DNA of 62,879 nucleotides, the filler included, from Psammoneis japonica (lineage: Eukaryota): assembly GCA_008632985.1 (NCBI GenBank). It is 5 parts of 5 records of this genome, joined end to end, with 100 filler letters (N's around TTAATTAATTAA, not from the genome) between each part and the next. Parts side by side here need not be neighbours in the genome. Positions count along the whole stretch, not along the records: positions 50,685 to 62,879 come from QPGO01000513.1; 4 more parts are not named here. The stretch is one strand, 5' to 3'. Of the stretch, positions 52,710 to 62,879 are shown piece after piece; the first letter of the stretch is position 1, and each line of letters opens with the position of its first letter. A program made the translations under genes and the position numbers. The notes beneath the pieces are model-generated. The model ran no database searches. It had not been told where the DNA came from and worked only from the letters and a program-made list of their open reading frames with translations.

Positions 52710-53192
52710 TAAGGACCGGCTAAATGCGCTCGTCTAAACCAGGTTTTGCGCCCCAAAATGCGCAAAAGTTGGCTACGTGTATCTGTGTAGACACAGTACT
52801 GTTAGATGACGTCACAGCCTCCCTCCAACCCTGCGCGCTCTGCATGCGCGCTGCCGCGAGCTTCAACACCCGTGACTGAGATCCTGTGCGACATTCTTGA
52901 GATCTGCATGTTTGAACGACTCAACCAGCAAGTACTATCACTTGCTTGAGTAGGTGATAGCTGCAAATGTATGTAATAGTGAGTTTTATGGCAGTCACTT
53001 TGTTTCTAATTACTTCTGTGATTCTGTGCAGTTGCTAGCTAGTAGCTCATCACGGCGAGTGAGATGCAACGTTTCGGTGTAAGCCACGTAGAATCCTAGT
53101 ATGTTTCTACGCAAGAGCGCATTTTTGCGCATTTAGCGCAAAATGAGCCCCAAAAACTCAAAAATGCGCACTGCGCATTTAGCCGGTCCTTA
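52710..53192. mobile_element. Non-autonomous hAT-type MITE (483 bp)
   Basis: Perfect 20-bp TIRs TAAGGACCGGCTAAATGCGC (52710-52729) and GCGCATTTAGCCGGTCCTTA (53173-53192). 8-bp TSD GCGCGCGA at 52702-52709 and 53193-53200. Subterminal AAATGCGCA motifs. Confidence 0.93.
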
Positions 53193-53302
53193 GCGCGCGA
53201 ATCTTTATTATTTTCGTCGCCGCCCGTGTTAATCTCCAATCTCTTTGTGAAGTGTCATCCTTATTCCCACAGTAAGGAAATATCGACTCTCAGATTGCCG
53301 CC

Positions 53303-55669
53303 ATGTCATCGTCACAGCAAGCGACCCGTCGAGCATCGGCACAGAACGCCTTGGAAAATTACTCGGAGGGTGTGCAGACAATGGTGCGAGAGCAAGTGGA
53401 AGATCATTATTCGAGCCGTTCGGTCGCATCCTTGACACACAAGCAGCTCTTGGTCGTGAGCAAGGGCATGGGACTCGTACCTGTGCATGCCCCGTCAGTC
53501 TTGTCCTTTCTCGAAAGACAATGTCATGAAACTTCCGCTGCGAAAAATTGCTGCAAAACCGTTATGCTTGATGAAGAAGTTGAGATCTCTAGAGAAAAAA
53601 TCGCCTCTCTACACTTGACGGCTTCTTCAATGGAAGAAGTCTATGAATTGACTAGAGACAGCGTTGCTCTATCCTATGTTCAGAGCGTACGAAGCGACCA
53701 TGATCGTCTTCATTATCACACCCCGATTTGTCATGCGATCCGAGGACACTACGGAGTCAAAAACAACAAAGGTTTTCCACGCAAGGCAGGTATATGGCTA
53801 GATCAACTCGCCAAATACCAGAACCCCGACTGCCGGGACGGTGCCTGGGGGAAAATGGGTAACATACCGTACTTGAACTTGCCTGTCTTGGCCGCCTTGC
53901 CCATGTGCGTCTTTGTTGATTCTGCCACTGCCCGACGGGCCACTATCCCCCTCCTAGACCGACGCTTTCCACTAGATGCCTACTTGAGAGGAGCGGTACG
54001 GCTACTCGCTTACACCTTTCCCCGAACTGGTGGGCTGCAACGGCGTGAAGATGGCCTGCCTCGAAAACATCCGGAATACCCATGGACAACGATAGGAGGC
54101 TCTCAGAACGTTTTTGTTGCAGAGTTGCTCAAAGTTTTGGATTCCAACATCATTCAATATGCGCTGGGATGCTGCGAAGAACTTTACGGCTCGATGAACG
54201 ATAATGGCGTGCCCAACTTCCCCATTTTCTCGCCCTGGTTTCGGACATGGCCGATGGTAGAACGGTCCATGGGGATGTCTTTCAAGGGCCTTTATATGGA
54301 TTCATCTTCCTGGACGGTCGCAGCACTTGTTGTGGCCATCATGGATGTGCTATCCAGTGCCATGTATGATGTCGTCTTTACCGAACGCGCGCCAGAGGAG
54401 AGCAAATTGCTTTCAGTTGTGGAAAACCTCTTCGATGACTCCATGAAGAATGGGCTTTTTGATTCGCTTTCTGACGAGCTAGTACACTTTCGAGATCTCA
54501 GCCCACTTCATGTTCGTGAGTTTCTTGATTTGCTGGACGAAGGCTACGAGACATTACTCAGGACGGAGTTCAGGTCTTCCAAACCTGTCGACTACGAGCA
54601 TATGGTCCAGATGCTCGCAGCGAAATGGAAGGATCGCGGCGCTGAAATTGATCTGCTTAAAACATTCCCGTGGACATCCGAATCTATGAACGGAATGTGT
54701 CGTGGTCAAGACATTTTGAATCGTCTTCGGTCCAGCTTTATCACCCACGCGGACATATTTTCGGTAGCGGACAAGGTGGACATTGCGTTGGGATTGATTT
54801 GTGGGCTGGGTGGATCCAGCAACTTGGATCGTCTTGAGGCGGCGCTCTTTTTCCAAAGAAAAAGTAAGCCATTGTCGTCGTCGTCGTCCGCGACCCCATT
54901 CGTGTGGGCGCACGAGAGGAACCGAATCCGCGTTGCGGAGGCTGCCCTTTGTGTTGGAAATGATCGTCTGGAAAATGATGTTCCACTTTTTACTTTGGCA
55001 CCACTTGTCAATCTCCAGACACTTGGCGTGTGGATGAAAGTACATTTGAGCTGGGATGAATGTCGCATCGAGGCTGAGCAGGCGGCGCTAAAGACTCGAA
55101 TATTAGGAATGATGAACCAAGTTGGCGGGTATCTCTGCGTCATTCACTCTGACATGACCTGTCAGTTCGTCGTCGTAAGCAATCGGGAACTTCAAGAGGC
55201 GTTGCAATCGTTGTCACACATACCGACAGGCTCCCGCTCGCCAGGCAACCCACTTCAACTAGAAATCTACGGCAGCCTTCACTTTACGACATTTTGTGAT
55301 AGCGTTGGAAGCACAGTTTGTTTCCTCTGGTTGAAGGAAGAGCTGGTGGTCGACAGTGGCATCAAGCGACTTCGTGAGAGAACGCAATTCACGCACCAAT
55401 TATCTTGGTGCAGACGCGGACCAACCGACGACAAAGCCAGCACAGGGGTGACCAACCGCGTCGATGATTCCGGATTAAAATCTTTCCAATCTGAACTGTC
55501 CACAATGGAAGAGTCAGCTTTCCGGGGCTCAGCTCCCGTGGTCTTCTGGCGTGAGGGTCATCTCGCATGCGGGTTGAAAATGGAGACCGTGATTCAATTA
55601 TTTCGAGACGGAGACTTCGAAGATTACGACGTGCGACCCGTAGTGAGACGATCAAGTGCTCCGTGGTGA
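53303..55669 (+). CDS. Hypothetical protein, 788 aa
   Basis: Uninterrupted long ORF of normal composition; no domain recognised. Confidence 0.8.
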   Translation: MSSSQQATRRASAQNALENYSEGVQTMVREQVEDHYSSRSVASLTHKQLLVVSKGMGLVPVHAPSVLSFLERQCHETSAAKNCCKTVMLDEEVEISREKIASLHLTASSMEEVYELTRDSVALSYVQSVRSDHDRLHYHTPICHAIRGHYGVKNNKGFPRKAGIWLDQLAKYQNPDCRDGAWGKMGNIPYLNLPVLAALPMCVFVDSATARRATIPLLDRRFPLDAYLRGAVRLLAYTFPRTGGLQRREDGLPRKHPEYPWTTIGGSQNVFVAELLKVLDSNIIQYALGCCEELYGSMNDNGVPNFPIFSPWFRTWPMVERSMGMSFKGLYMDSSSWTVAALVVAIMDVLSSAMYDVVFTERAPEESKLLSVVENLFDDSMKNGLFDSLSDELVHFRDLSPLHVREFLDLLDEGYETLLRTEFRSSKPVDYEHMVQMLAAKWKDRGAEIDLLKTFPWTSESMNGMCRGQDILNRLRSSFITHADIFSVADKVDIALGLICGLGGSSNLDRLEAALFFQRKSKPLSSSSSATPFVWAHERNRIRVAEAALCVGNDRLENDVPLFTLAPLVNLQTLGVWMKVHLSWDECRIEAEQAALKTRILGMMNQVGGYLCVIHSDMTCQFVVVSNRELQEALQSLSHIPTGSRSPGNPLQLEIYGSLHFTTFCDSVGSTVCFLWLKEELVVDSGIKRLRERTQFTHQLSWCRRGPTDDKASTGVTNRVDDSGLKSFQSELSTMEESAFRGSAPVVFWREGHLACGLKMETVIQLFRDGDFEDYDVRPVVRRSSAPW

Positions 55670-56165
55670 CCTCCTAGATATGTCAACCTATGTACCGTGC
55701 CAGAAGGACCCTTCAACCCGAATATATGTTAGTTTTTTTGGCGTGCCGGCCGGATCGCCGCTCCTACTGAACTGTGCTATGAATTCTAAAATTCCTTCAG
55801 GGCAGTAGCAGTAGCTAGCTGCTAGCTAATAGCACCGACGCCTCTCGAATACGTGAACGGGAGGTTGTTGCCGGCAGGGCTACTCCAGCCCCCCTTGATA
55901 CAGTCGAGGCAAGTTATTCTCTTCCCCCCAGCAGGAAACGCGCCTGCAGTAATCGTCGCAGACTAGAATGTTGCAAGCTCTGGTTCCTACACTGTATCTG
56001 CTGCAAGGTATTCTTTATAGAGAGTGAAAATTGGCATACCGGTATAGAAAAATGCAGGATTTTCTGAGCATTCCTGTCTCGCTGTCGAATAGAATGTGAA
56101 TTCCCAGAAAAAGGACAACAAAAAACAACCGAAACCAACCCCCATGCAGCTGGCGGCATGCCCAG

Positions 56166-56738
56166 TGACAGGCAGCTTGCTTGTGTTAGCTTGTACATCA
56201 CCCTGATAAATTCTATTACATAAATCCTTGCCGCATCGTCCTTTGTCGTTGCTGCTGCAACACCTTCGATGCAATGAATGAATAACAAACACTGAACGGC
56301 CGATACAAAAGGATGAAGTGCAAAAGATGTTTCTAATTGTTGTTGTTCCATTCTTAAATGTCTTAAGAATGGCGCAGGGCAGGTACATGAAATGGTGTTT
56401 TGCCAATGGCTTTGGCATGGAGTTGTTTTGATAGAGGTAGAGAAAGAACTGGGTACTCGCCTGAGAGTGTCTTGGGTGATCAAGTCCGTGCACTAACAGG
56501 AGAGAGCAAGCTAGAGCCTAATCTAGAAACAGTACCTTGCGATAATGCTTTGTCTAGAAGTTGTGAGAGATTCTGAGCTAGTCTCAGAGTCGACATGGCT
56601 GTCAGAACGGATAGATTCCGACAGGTTGTTGAAACACTCCGAAAGATCAGCAAATTTCAGTCATAAACCCGACTGAACATATGTGCTATCTTCGAACATG
56701 CGGTTCCAATATAAAAGGGTCATGTGGGATCCCTGTCA
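56166..56738 (-). repeat. Probable 3' LTR of the copia element (573 bp)
   Basis: PPT AAGGGGGG (minus strand, 56746-56739) abuts TG; 7-bp inverted termini TGACAGG (56166) and CCTGTCA (56732-56738). The 5' LTR is outside the window, so the far end is inferred. Confidence 0.65.
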
Positions 56739-59700
56739 CCCCCCTTGAACCGAATGAGGGAAGATGAGAAGGAGCTCATGACAACATGTGTGCAGGTAGG
56801 CGCCATAGGGCACGGTCGACCATAACCCAAATTTTGTCTGCACATTGAGTTTTGGTGAGGCAGTCCGCTAATTGACTTTCCGCGGGGACCCAAACAAGTA
56901 AGTGATGACCGAGTCGCTGCCCTTCGCGGACACATTGGAAGCGTCGCTCAACATGTCGGGTTCGTCGAGTTTGTTGGTCGTTTTGGGCCATTTGGACTGC
57001 GGCTTGGTTGTCCAACATGAGGATCATGGGAGCAGTGGACAGGCACTGGGAGTCAATGGAGCAGTGGCGAGTGCCAAGGAAGGTGAAGTCGCAGGCCAAC
57101 ATGCGCAGGTGAGCAACAGCCATGGCGCCAGTGCAGGCACCCATCCACTCGGATTCGGCAGCGGACATTGCGACAGGGGTTGGGACAGTGGAATTGGCTT
57201 CCACTGTTGCCCCATTGAAGTAGACCATAAATCCAACGGTCGACTTGGCGGTGTCCGGACAATCCTGCCAGCTGGCATCGGCGAAGACCACAAATTCAGA
57301 ATGACTGACATTGTGAGCTTCGCAAATCGCGTGAACAGGGCTCGCGGTAGGATCAGAATAAAATTTGATGGCGAGGTCTTGATGTTTGCAGAGACAGCCA
57401 AAAAGGTGGACGAGAGCATCAAAATCCTTCACACCAGGGTTGGTGCAAGCCTTTGCAAGTTTGCAGGTGATCCAGAGAATGTCAGTGCGAGTGTTGCAGG
57501 CAAGATGAAGGATGGAGCAGACAGCGGATCGAAAATGGAGACCAGGATGCTTGTTCGCGATTTGCTTGGATTCGGCGGCGTCCTTGGGTTGATTCGCCTT
57601 GGAGCACACATGGTCAACGGGGGCTGGGGTGCCCTGAAAGCTGGGGCTGCCCCAAGGCGAGGTGGGAGCAAGGAACCGCTTGAGGAGATTGCGCACATGT
57701 CGATGTTGGTCGAGAGAGAAGGAGCCGTCGGAACATCGGTGAGTGTGCATCTGCAAGAACCAGGTGACGTCACCGTTGAATGTGATGTTGCACCTGGATC
57801 GCACGAGGTTCTCAAAATCCTTCTCGACTCTGTCGTGAGACCCAAAGCAGATGATGTCATCCGTGTAGAAAATGAGCTTGAGACATGAGCCGTCGGGGAA
57901 GTGCTTGGCAAAGAAGGTGGGATCTGCTTTGGAATTGGTGCATCCTTGGGCAAGTGAAAATTCGGAGAGCTCGGTGGACCACCAAAGACTGCTGCGGATG
58001 GTCCCGCACATGCCTTTCTTGAGATGAAGGGGTGCACCAAAGCATTCAGCATGTTCAGGAAAATGTTGCTTCAGAATCGGGTCGAAGCAAACAAAGAGGC
58101 GGCCGCGAGCAGGGGCTTGAAGGCAAGCACCGACAAAATCACCATTCTTGACGTGTTGTTTGGCCTTTGCTGCAAAAGCTGGGAAGAGCTTGATGGCACG
58201 AGAGGATGCGTTTGGTGACCAATTGTCGTCATCGGCTGATTTGCGTTGCATGTCGCCGCGCGCACAGTGTCGAGCCTTGAGTTTCTCCAGAGAGCCGTCA
58301 GATTTCTCTTTGGCACGTAGAGCAAGTGTGGCGCCGATGATCTCATCGTCTGGACGGGGGACATTCATGAAGAGCGAAGGCTTCATTGTCCACGATGAGG
58401 TTCTTGAGCTCAGATCGGACGGCACGAAGCCAGGCGTCACGAATCGCAGGAGGTTGTCTGAGGATGGCTCGAAAAGAGCAGGGAATGGGCAAGCAGTCAT
58501 CAACAGGAATCGAAGAGGTGGCCTGGACGGCTTCCAAGGCCTGTTGCAAAGGATCTGGGCATTTGTGCCAATTGCAGTCAGGCCAAGGGGATTTCGACGG
58601 AGGCGCTGCATGCAGATTCCATGGCGAGCGAGTCGTCGAAGAGAGTTTGTTCGAGAAGATCGACTGGGGGGAGTGGAGGAGGTCACAGCGTAGAGTTGCT
58701 CCTCGTCCGCGAAGCGTGCGGAAGTGCGGAGGCCAGCGTTGGTGCGAGTGGATCATCTGAGACCAGTTGCAGCGGGTGCAGGGGATGGTGGCTCTGAATC
58801 GGATTCATCAGATTCCGGAGGCGCTTCAGTGAGAGTAGAGGGAGAAGGGGGTGAGTCAGCATCAAGGAAATCTTGAATGGCACCCGCATGTTCATCCACA
58901 GGATTCTCGTTGCATGTCTTTGGGCCGGAGGCGTTGTTGGAGATGTTCCGGATCGGGAGTGCGCCAGAAAAGGGGACGTGGTCGTGCACGAGTGATGATT
59001 CGAAAAGTTCGTCGAAGACAGCGTCATGCGTGACAATCAGATTCTTGGTGCCGATGCCCTCAGGAACATGGATGAGGCAACCAGCCTGGTTTGGTGCAAA
59101 ACCGACATGAATGCCACGAGATCGACGTTGAATCTGTTGTTGAGTGGTGGTCGGGCAACGAGTTTCCGGGTTGAGAGGTTGGCATCTGTCGAAAGTGACG
59201 GGACATCCGAAGACCCGAAAATTGCCAATCTTTGGAAGTCTGTTTGAATGCATGGCAGTGCGGTGCAGCCAGTGAGCTGTCAGGGAGCCGTGTGCCTTTA
59301 GCTGGGAGGACGTTCAGGATGGCGATGGCATGAACGAATGCATGATGGCAGAAGTGTGCCGAGAGTCTTGCGTTGACAAGAAGGCAACGAATCATCTTGC
59401 TTGCGACTTGCCACATGCGTTCCGCAACCCCGCTCTGCTCCTGGTGACATGGAGCGGCGACTTCGACCTTGATTCCATTGTCTTCACCAAAGGCAAGAAA
59501 TTCGGAGGACAGAAAACATGTTGCAGAGTCCGCGCGGACGAAGTTTGTGTCTTGGATTTGTCCCTGGGATTGTACTTTGGTCATCCATGATTTAAAAGCG
59601 GCGATGATGTTGCCAGATGATGGGCTCTCAAGGCCACGAACACCGCAGCAGTGTCCTTTGTGGGTTGCCAAAAAGAGGTGGGTGGGGAAAAGACGTTTTT

Positions 59701-62700
59701 GGGGTGAGTGCGACTGTGTGAGGGTTGGGAATTATGTCCACAAACACACGTGAAAATGTGTGTGTTGGTTCAGTTGGGTCACACTTAACGCGGTTGCGCT
59801 TTCGGGAGATGGCGATGCGCGCGTTGTCGAGATGGTCGTCAGTCCCGGGGGCAATGTGGCAGTCGCGCCAAACTTCGCCAACTGTGCCCGCCAAAAGGCT
59901 CTGAGAGGAGCGACAACCGAAACGGTGACCTGCAAGGTCAAGGTCGATTGCATGTGTCGTTGGTTTCGATGAGCCTTGGGCGTTGGTTGCTTCCGTCAAC
60001 GGGGGGTCAGAAGTGGGTTCTGCAGCAGCGGTGGCATCGTGACAGGAGCGCTTGTGATGGAGAATCAGGAAGCTGAATGTGTGTCCGTCGCCAAAATCAA
60101 GTGTCGTGATGTTGGTGGTGATTCGGACATTGAAGAGTTCATTGGCCATGAAGGAGGGCACCGAAAACAAGTTCCGGTTGAGGCCGGGGATGCGACAGAC
60201 GCGATCGAGAACAAGGTTGACCGGATGTCCTTGGTCGTCTTGAAAATGGAGGGTGACGGATCCAACTTTCGTGGCATGAATGGTGGTGCCGTCTGCAACA
60301 ACAACAGGGACGTGACAGGGGGTGCTGTCATCAAGTGAGTCATGACGAACGAAATGAGAAGAGGCACCAGAGTCGACAAACCAACTGCTGATGTCCGTGA
60401 GGTCGGAGTCGCGGGGCAGTTGGTGAGGTCGGCACTGGTTGGGATCGTCGGCCATGCATGCAACTTGAACGTGACAATCAGCGGTGTCGCATGAGAAACG
60501 GGGGATGGTGTCAACCGCATCGATAGAGTCACAGCTGAGATCAGATGTGATGGAGTCGTCATCATCGTCAGAGATTGCAGTGTGCCTGGATGCGCAAGAT
60601 GCCGTGGTGAAAGCGTCGTGGAAATCGAAGCAGACTGGTGACACCGCGGGAGAGTTCCCGGGGGGCGGTTCATCAAAAGGGTGGGCCGCAGCATCATCCG
60701 GTTCGCATGGGCGATGGATCAAAGACGGCACAGTGGATGATGAACCCGCGCTGGAGTCGCAATCATGATGGGCTAGAGGAGGTGGACCAGAGGAGGTCGA
60801 GCAGGCCGATGAAGGTTCATTGCCATCAGGTGTGCATGAGCGACAGAGCAAAAGCGGCATGGCAGATGAGGAATCTGTGCTGGAGCTGCAGTCGTGGTGT
60901 GCAAGAGGCGGAGGACCAGCAGAGTTCAAGTTGGTGGAGAAAGTTTTGTTGCCATCAATCGAAGAGGTGTCATCGAGGAGGTCCTGGAGAGTGATGGCAG
61001 GCATTGTTCCATGAGTGGAGGAAGATGCGATCGAGTCACTCGTGGAGTGGCAGGCCGATGAGTCGTCATCAAAGGAGACGTGGCGTGGTTCCAGGGTTGG
61101 GATAGAGTCTGAACAGGAGGGACAACAAGGGTGAGCATCCTCCATGTCAGCTCGAGCAGCACAGAAAATGATTTGGTCCTTCGGTGGAGGTGCCTTTGCG
61201 CGGCAGTGCATGGTGGGTGCAGTGGCTGTGAGAGCGGTTTGTTTTGAGTCCTTTGCGAGTTCGGGACAGTCGGGACGAAGGTGCCCCTTTTTTCTGCAGT
61301 GATGGCACATGACTTTGCTCAGGTCGTGAGGAGGTTTGGCAGCAGGTTGATCCTTGGGTGTGCCCTTCTTCAGATCGCGGAGCCGAGAGCGACATTCGGA
61401 GGCGTTGTGGTTGCGTTTTCCACAGCAGTCGCAGATCTCGGTGGCGTTAGGTTGGTTTGGGCGACGTTGCTGCTGTTGCTGTCGTTGTGCATTCCGAGGA
61501 GCGCGTTTGACGGCAGCAAGGTGAGCATGGTTGTTGTGAGAGCGGGAGCGGGAGCCATGCGAGAGCCGATCACGATGCTGTTGGTTGTGATGCTGCTCGT
61601 CGATGTCATAGAACGTTTGCTGGATGTCCTTGAACCGGGGAGCGGTGGCAGAGGAGAGACGAGCAGCAGTTCGAAATTCGGATTCGAATTGCTTGATGGC
61701 AGCATCGCAGCGGGGATGGCTGCCCATTTGGCTGAGAAAATGGGTGCTGATTTCCGCATCAGTCTTGACTGGAAGGCCGGCGTTCTTGCAGCTCCGGAGT
61801 TTTCGCTCAAACCGTTGGATGAAGCTGCTGGCGGACTCGTCCGAGTTGCGAAAGACTTGCAGGTGGTCGTTTGAACAGCAGTTGCTGTGTTCCTGAGTGA
61901 TGGGCACACAGCGCAGCTGGAGTTCTTCGAGAGCAAGTTTGCCGGAACGAGATCCAAGGTCAGAAATGTCAGATTGGTGTGTTGCATCCACATGCGTCCA
62001 GAGGAGAGCACAGAGGGCGTTGTCGGCATGGTCTGGAAGTGGGCGGAGAGGGACAGAGGGAAAATCATTGAGCAGACCATTGAATTCTGGAAAAGATGCA
62101 AAGGTCCCACGCAAGTCATTCAAGAATGCACAAAACTTTTGTCGTCGCGTGTGCGGATTCTGATGGTGCTTCAGAGTGCGCAAATTTGTGTGAGATGCAT
62201 GCTTCATCAGAGAATTCGACAAGGATTCCGAGGTGCGCTCGTTTGCAACATGAGAGAAAACAGTGTCGTTGACTGATGAGTGATGAGCGGACGGGGAAGC
62301 GGGGTGTGGTCGTGGGGTGAGGGCAAGGCGGAACATGAGTTCCAAGTGAAGGGACTCGGCGTCGCGCATCATGTCCTGAAAACGACGAAGTGCAAGAGTG
62401 CTTGCTTCGCAAGCAGGGTGTCGACAAAGGAGGCGCTCGAAAGACATTTTCGCCGAATCGACAGTGTCACAAAGCTCAACGGCACGTTCATTCTCACGAT
62501 GGAAAAACGGTGCGAGAGCTTGTTGGGTGTCGAAGAGAGCCTCGAAGGTGACGAGACGAACCTGGACGTTGATGTCATTGTCGACGGACAGATCAGGCGC
62601 GTCAGAGGTGTCGGACGAAGCTGGAGCAGGTGAGTCAACTGCAGGAGTGTGAGCAGGAGAGGCAAGAGCCTTGTCAAGTGCTCCATCCATTTCGTTCAAC

Positions 62701-62879
62701 ATGGGAGCAACAACATCAAAAAGTTGAGTCGCAGAGGTTGAAGATGATGGGTCGACATGGGAGAGAGCAGGAGTGGCTTGATCCGTTGGAGATGAAAGCG
62801 GGGGGAATTCCTCAGGGACCCCAGTGGTGCATGACATTGGGTGGCGGGTCGTCAGCAATGGGTTGAGACCCCCCTTGAG
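56166..62879 (-). mobile_element. Ty1/copia LTR retrotransposon (gag-PR-IN-RT-RH), near complete, TpA-hypermutated
   Basis: Two CCHC knuckles (CDCCGKRNHNASEC, CHHCRKKGHLRPDC); protease WFVDSGASSH; integrase VFVD..RADS..QEQSGVAER; RT LKARHCARG, YTDD; RNase H FADASW, AESE, DNQAA, TRHVERR, QLADCLTK. Integrase lies upstream of RT. Confidence 0.96.

Noticed and set aside
56776..62858. ADAR/APOBEC-type editing during retrotransposition
   Set aside because: Both TA->TG and TA->CA occur in the same element, the probable LTR is spared, and non-retro sequences (satellite, LRR duplicate) are equally affected.
56776..62858. Alternative genetic code or selected Tyr avoidance
   Set aside because: Neighbouring genes use Tyr normally, and TA loss also covers non-coding DNA and all codon positions.
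62868..62877. Second AAGGGGGG tract (minus strand) as a PPT
   Set aside because: Not followed by the LTR start sequence and lies at the window edge, probably within or just before gag; cannot be evaluated.

Overview
Eukaryotic genomic DNA, most consistent with a pennate diatom (inferred from the gene families, short GT-AG introns and diatom-type copia/gypsy elements). It is a concatenation of contigs joined by artificial N-TTAATTAATTAA-N linkers, and genes carry frequent single-base indel errors. Gene islands hold MCM4, a Pro/Thr-stalk membrane protein with GGWxILYGxNGY repeats, a probably inactive alpha/beta hydrolase, an LRR gene, an Mpv17-ACT fusion, a large type I membrane protein and two orphan ORFs. 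These alternate with repeat blocks: copia and gypsy relics, a near-complete Ty1/copia, a putative exonuclease-bearing transposon, a ~10 kb satellite, MITEs and segmental duplications. The main signal is that the large repeat blocks (~2.95-12.3, 12.8-13.4, 16.3-21.0, 33.0-52.3 and 56.9-62.9 kb) have lost almost all TpA dinucleotides. Paired copies within the window show TA replaced by TG or CA, and conserved Tyr codons of the transposon proteins have become Cys or His. This points to a repeat-targeted, strand-symmetric A:T->G:C hypermutation at TpA, opposite in direction to fungal RIP and separable from CpG decay. I do not recognise it as a described system, but I cannot search the literature.
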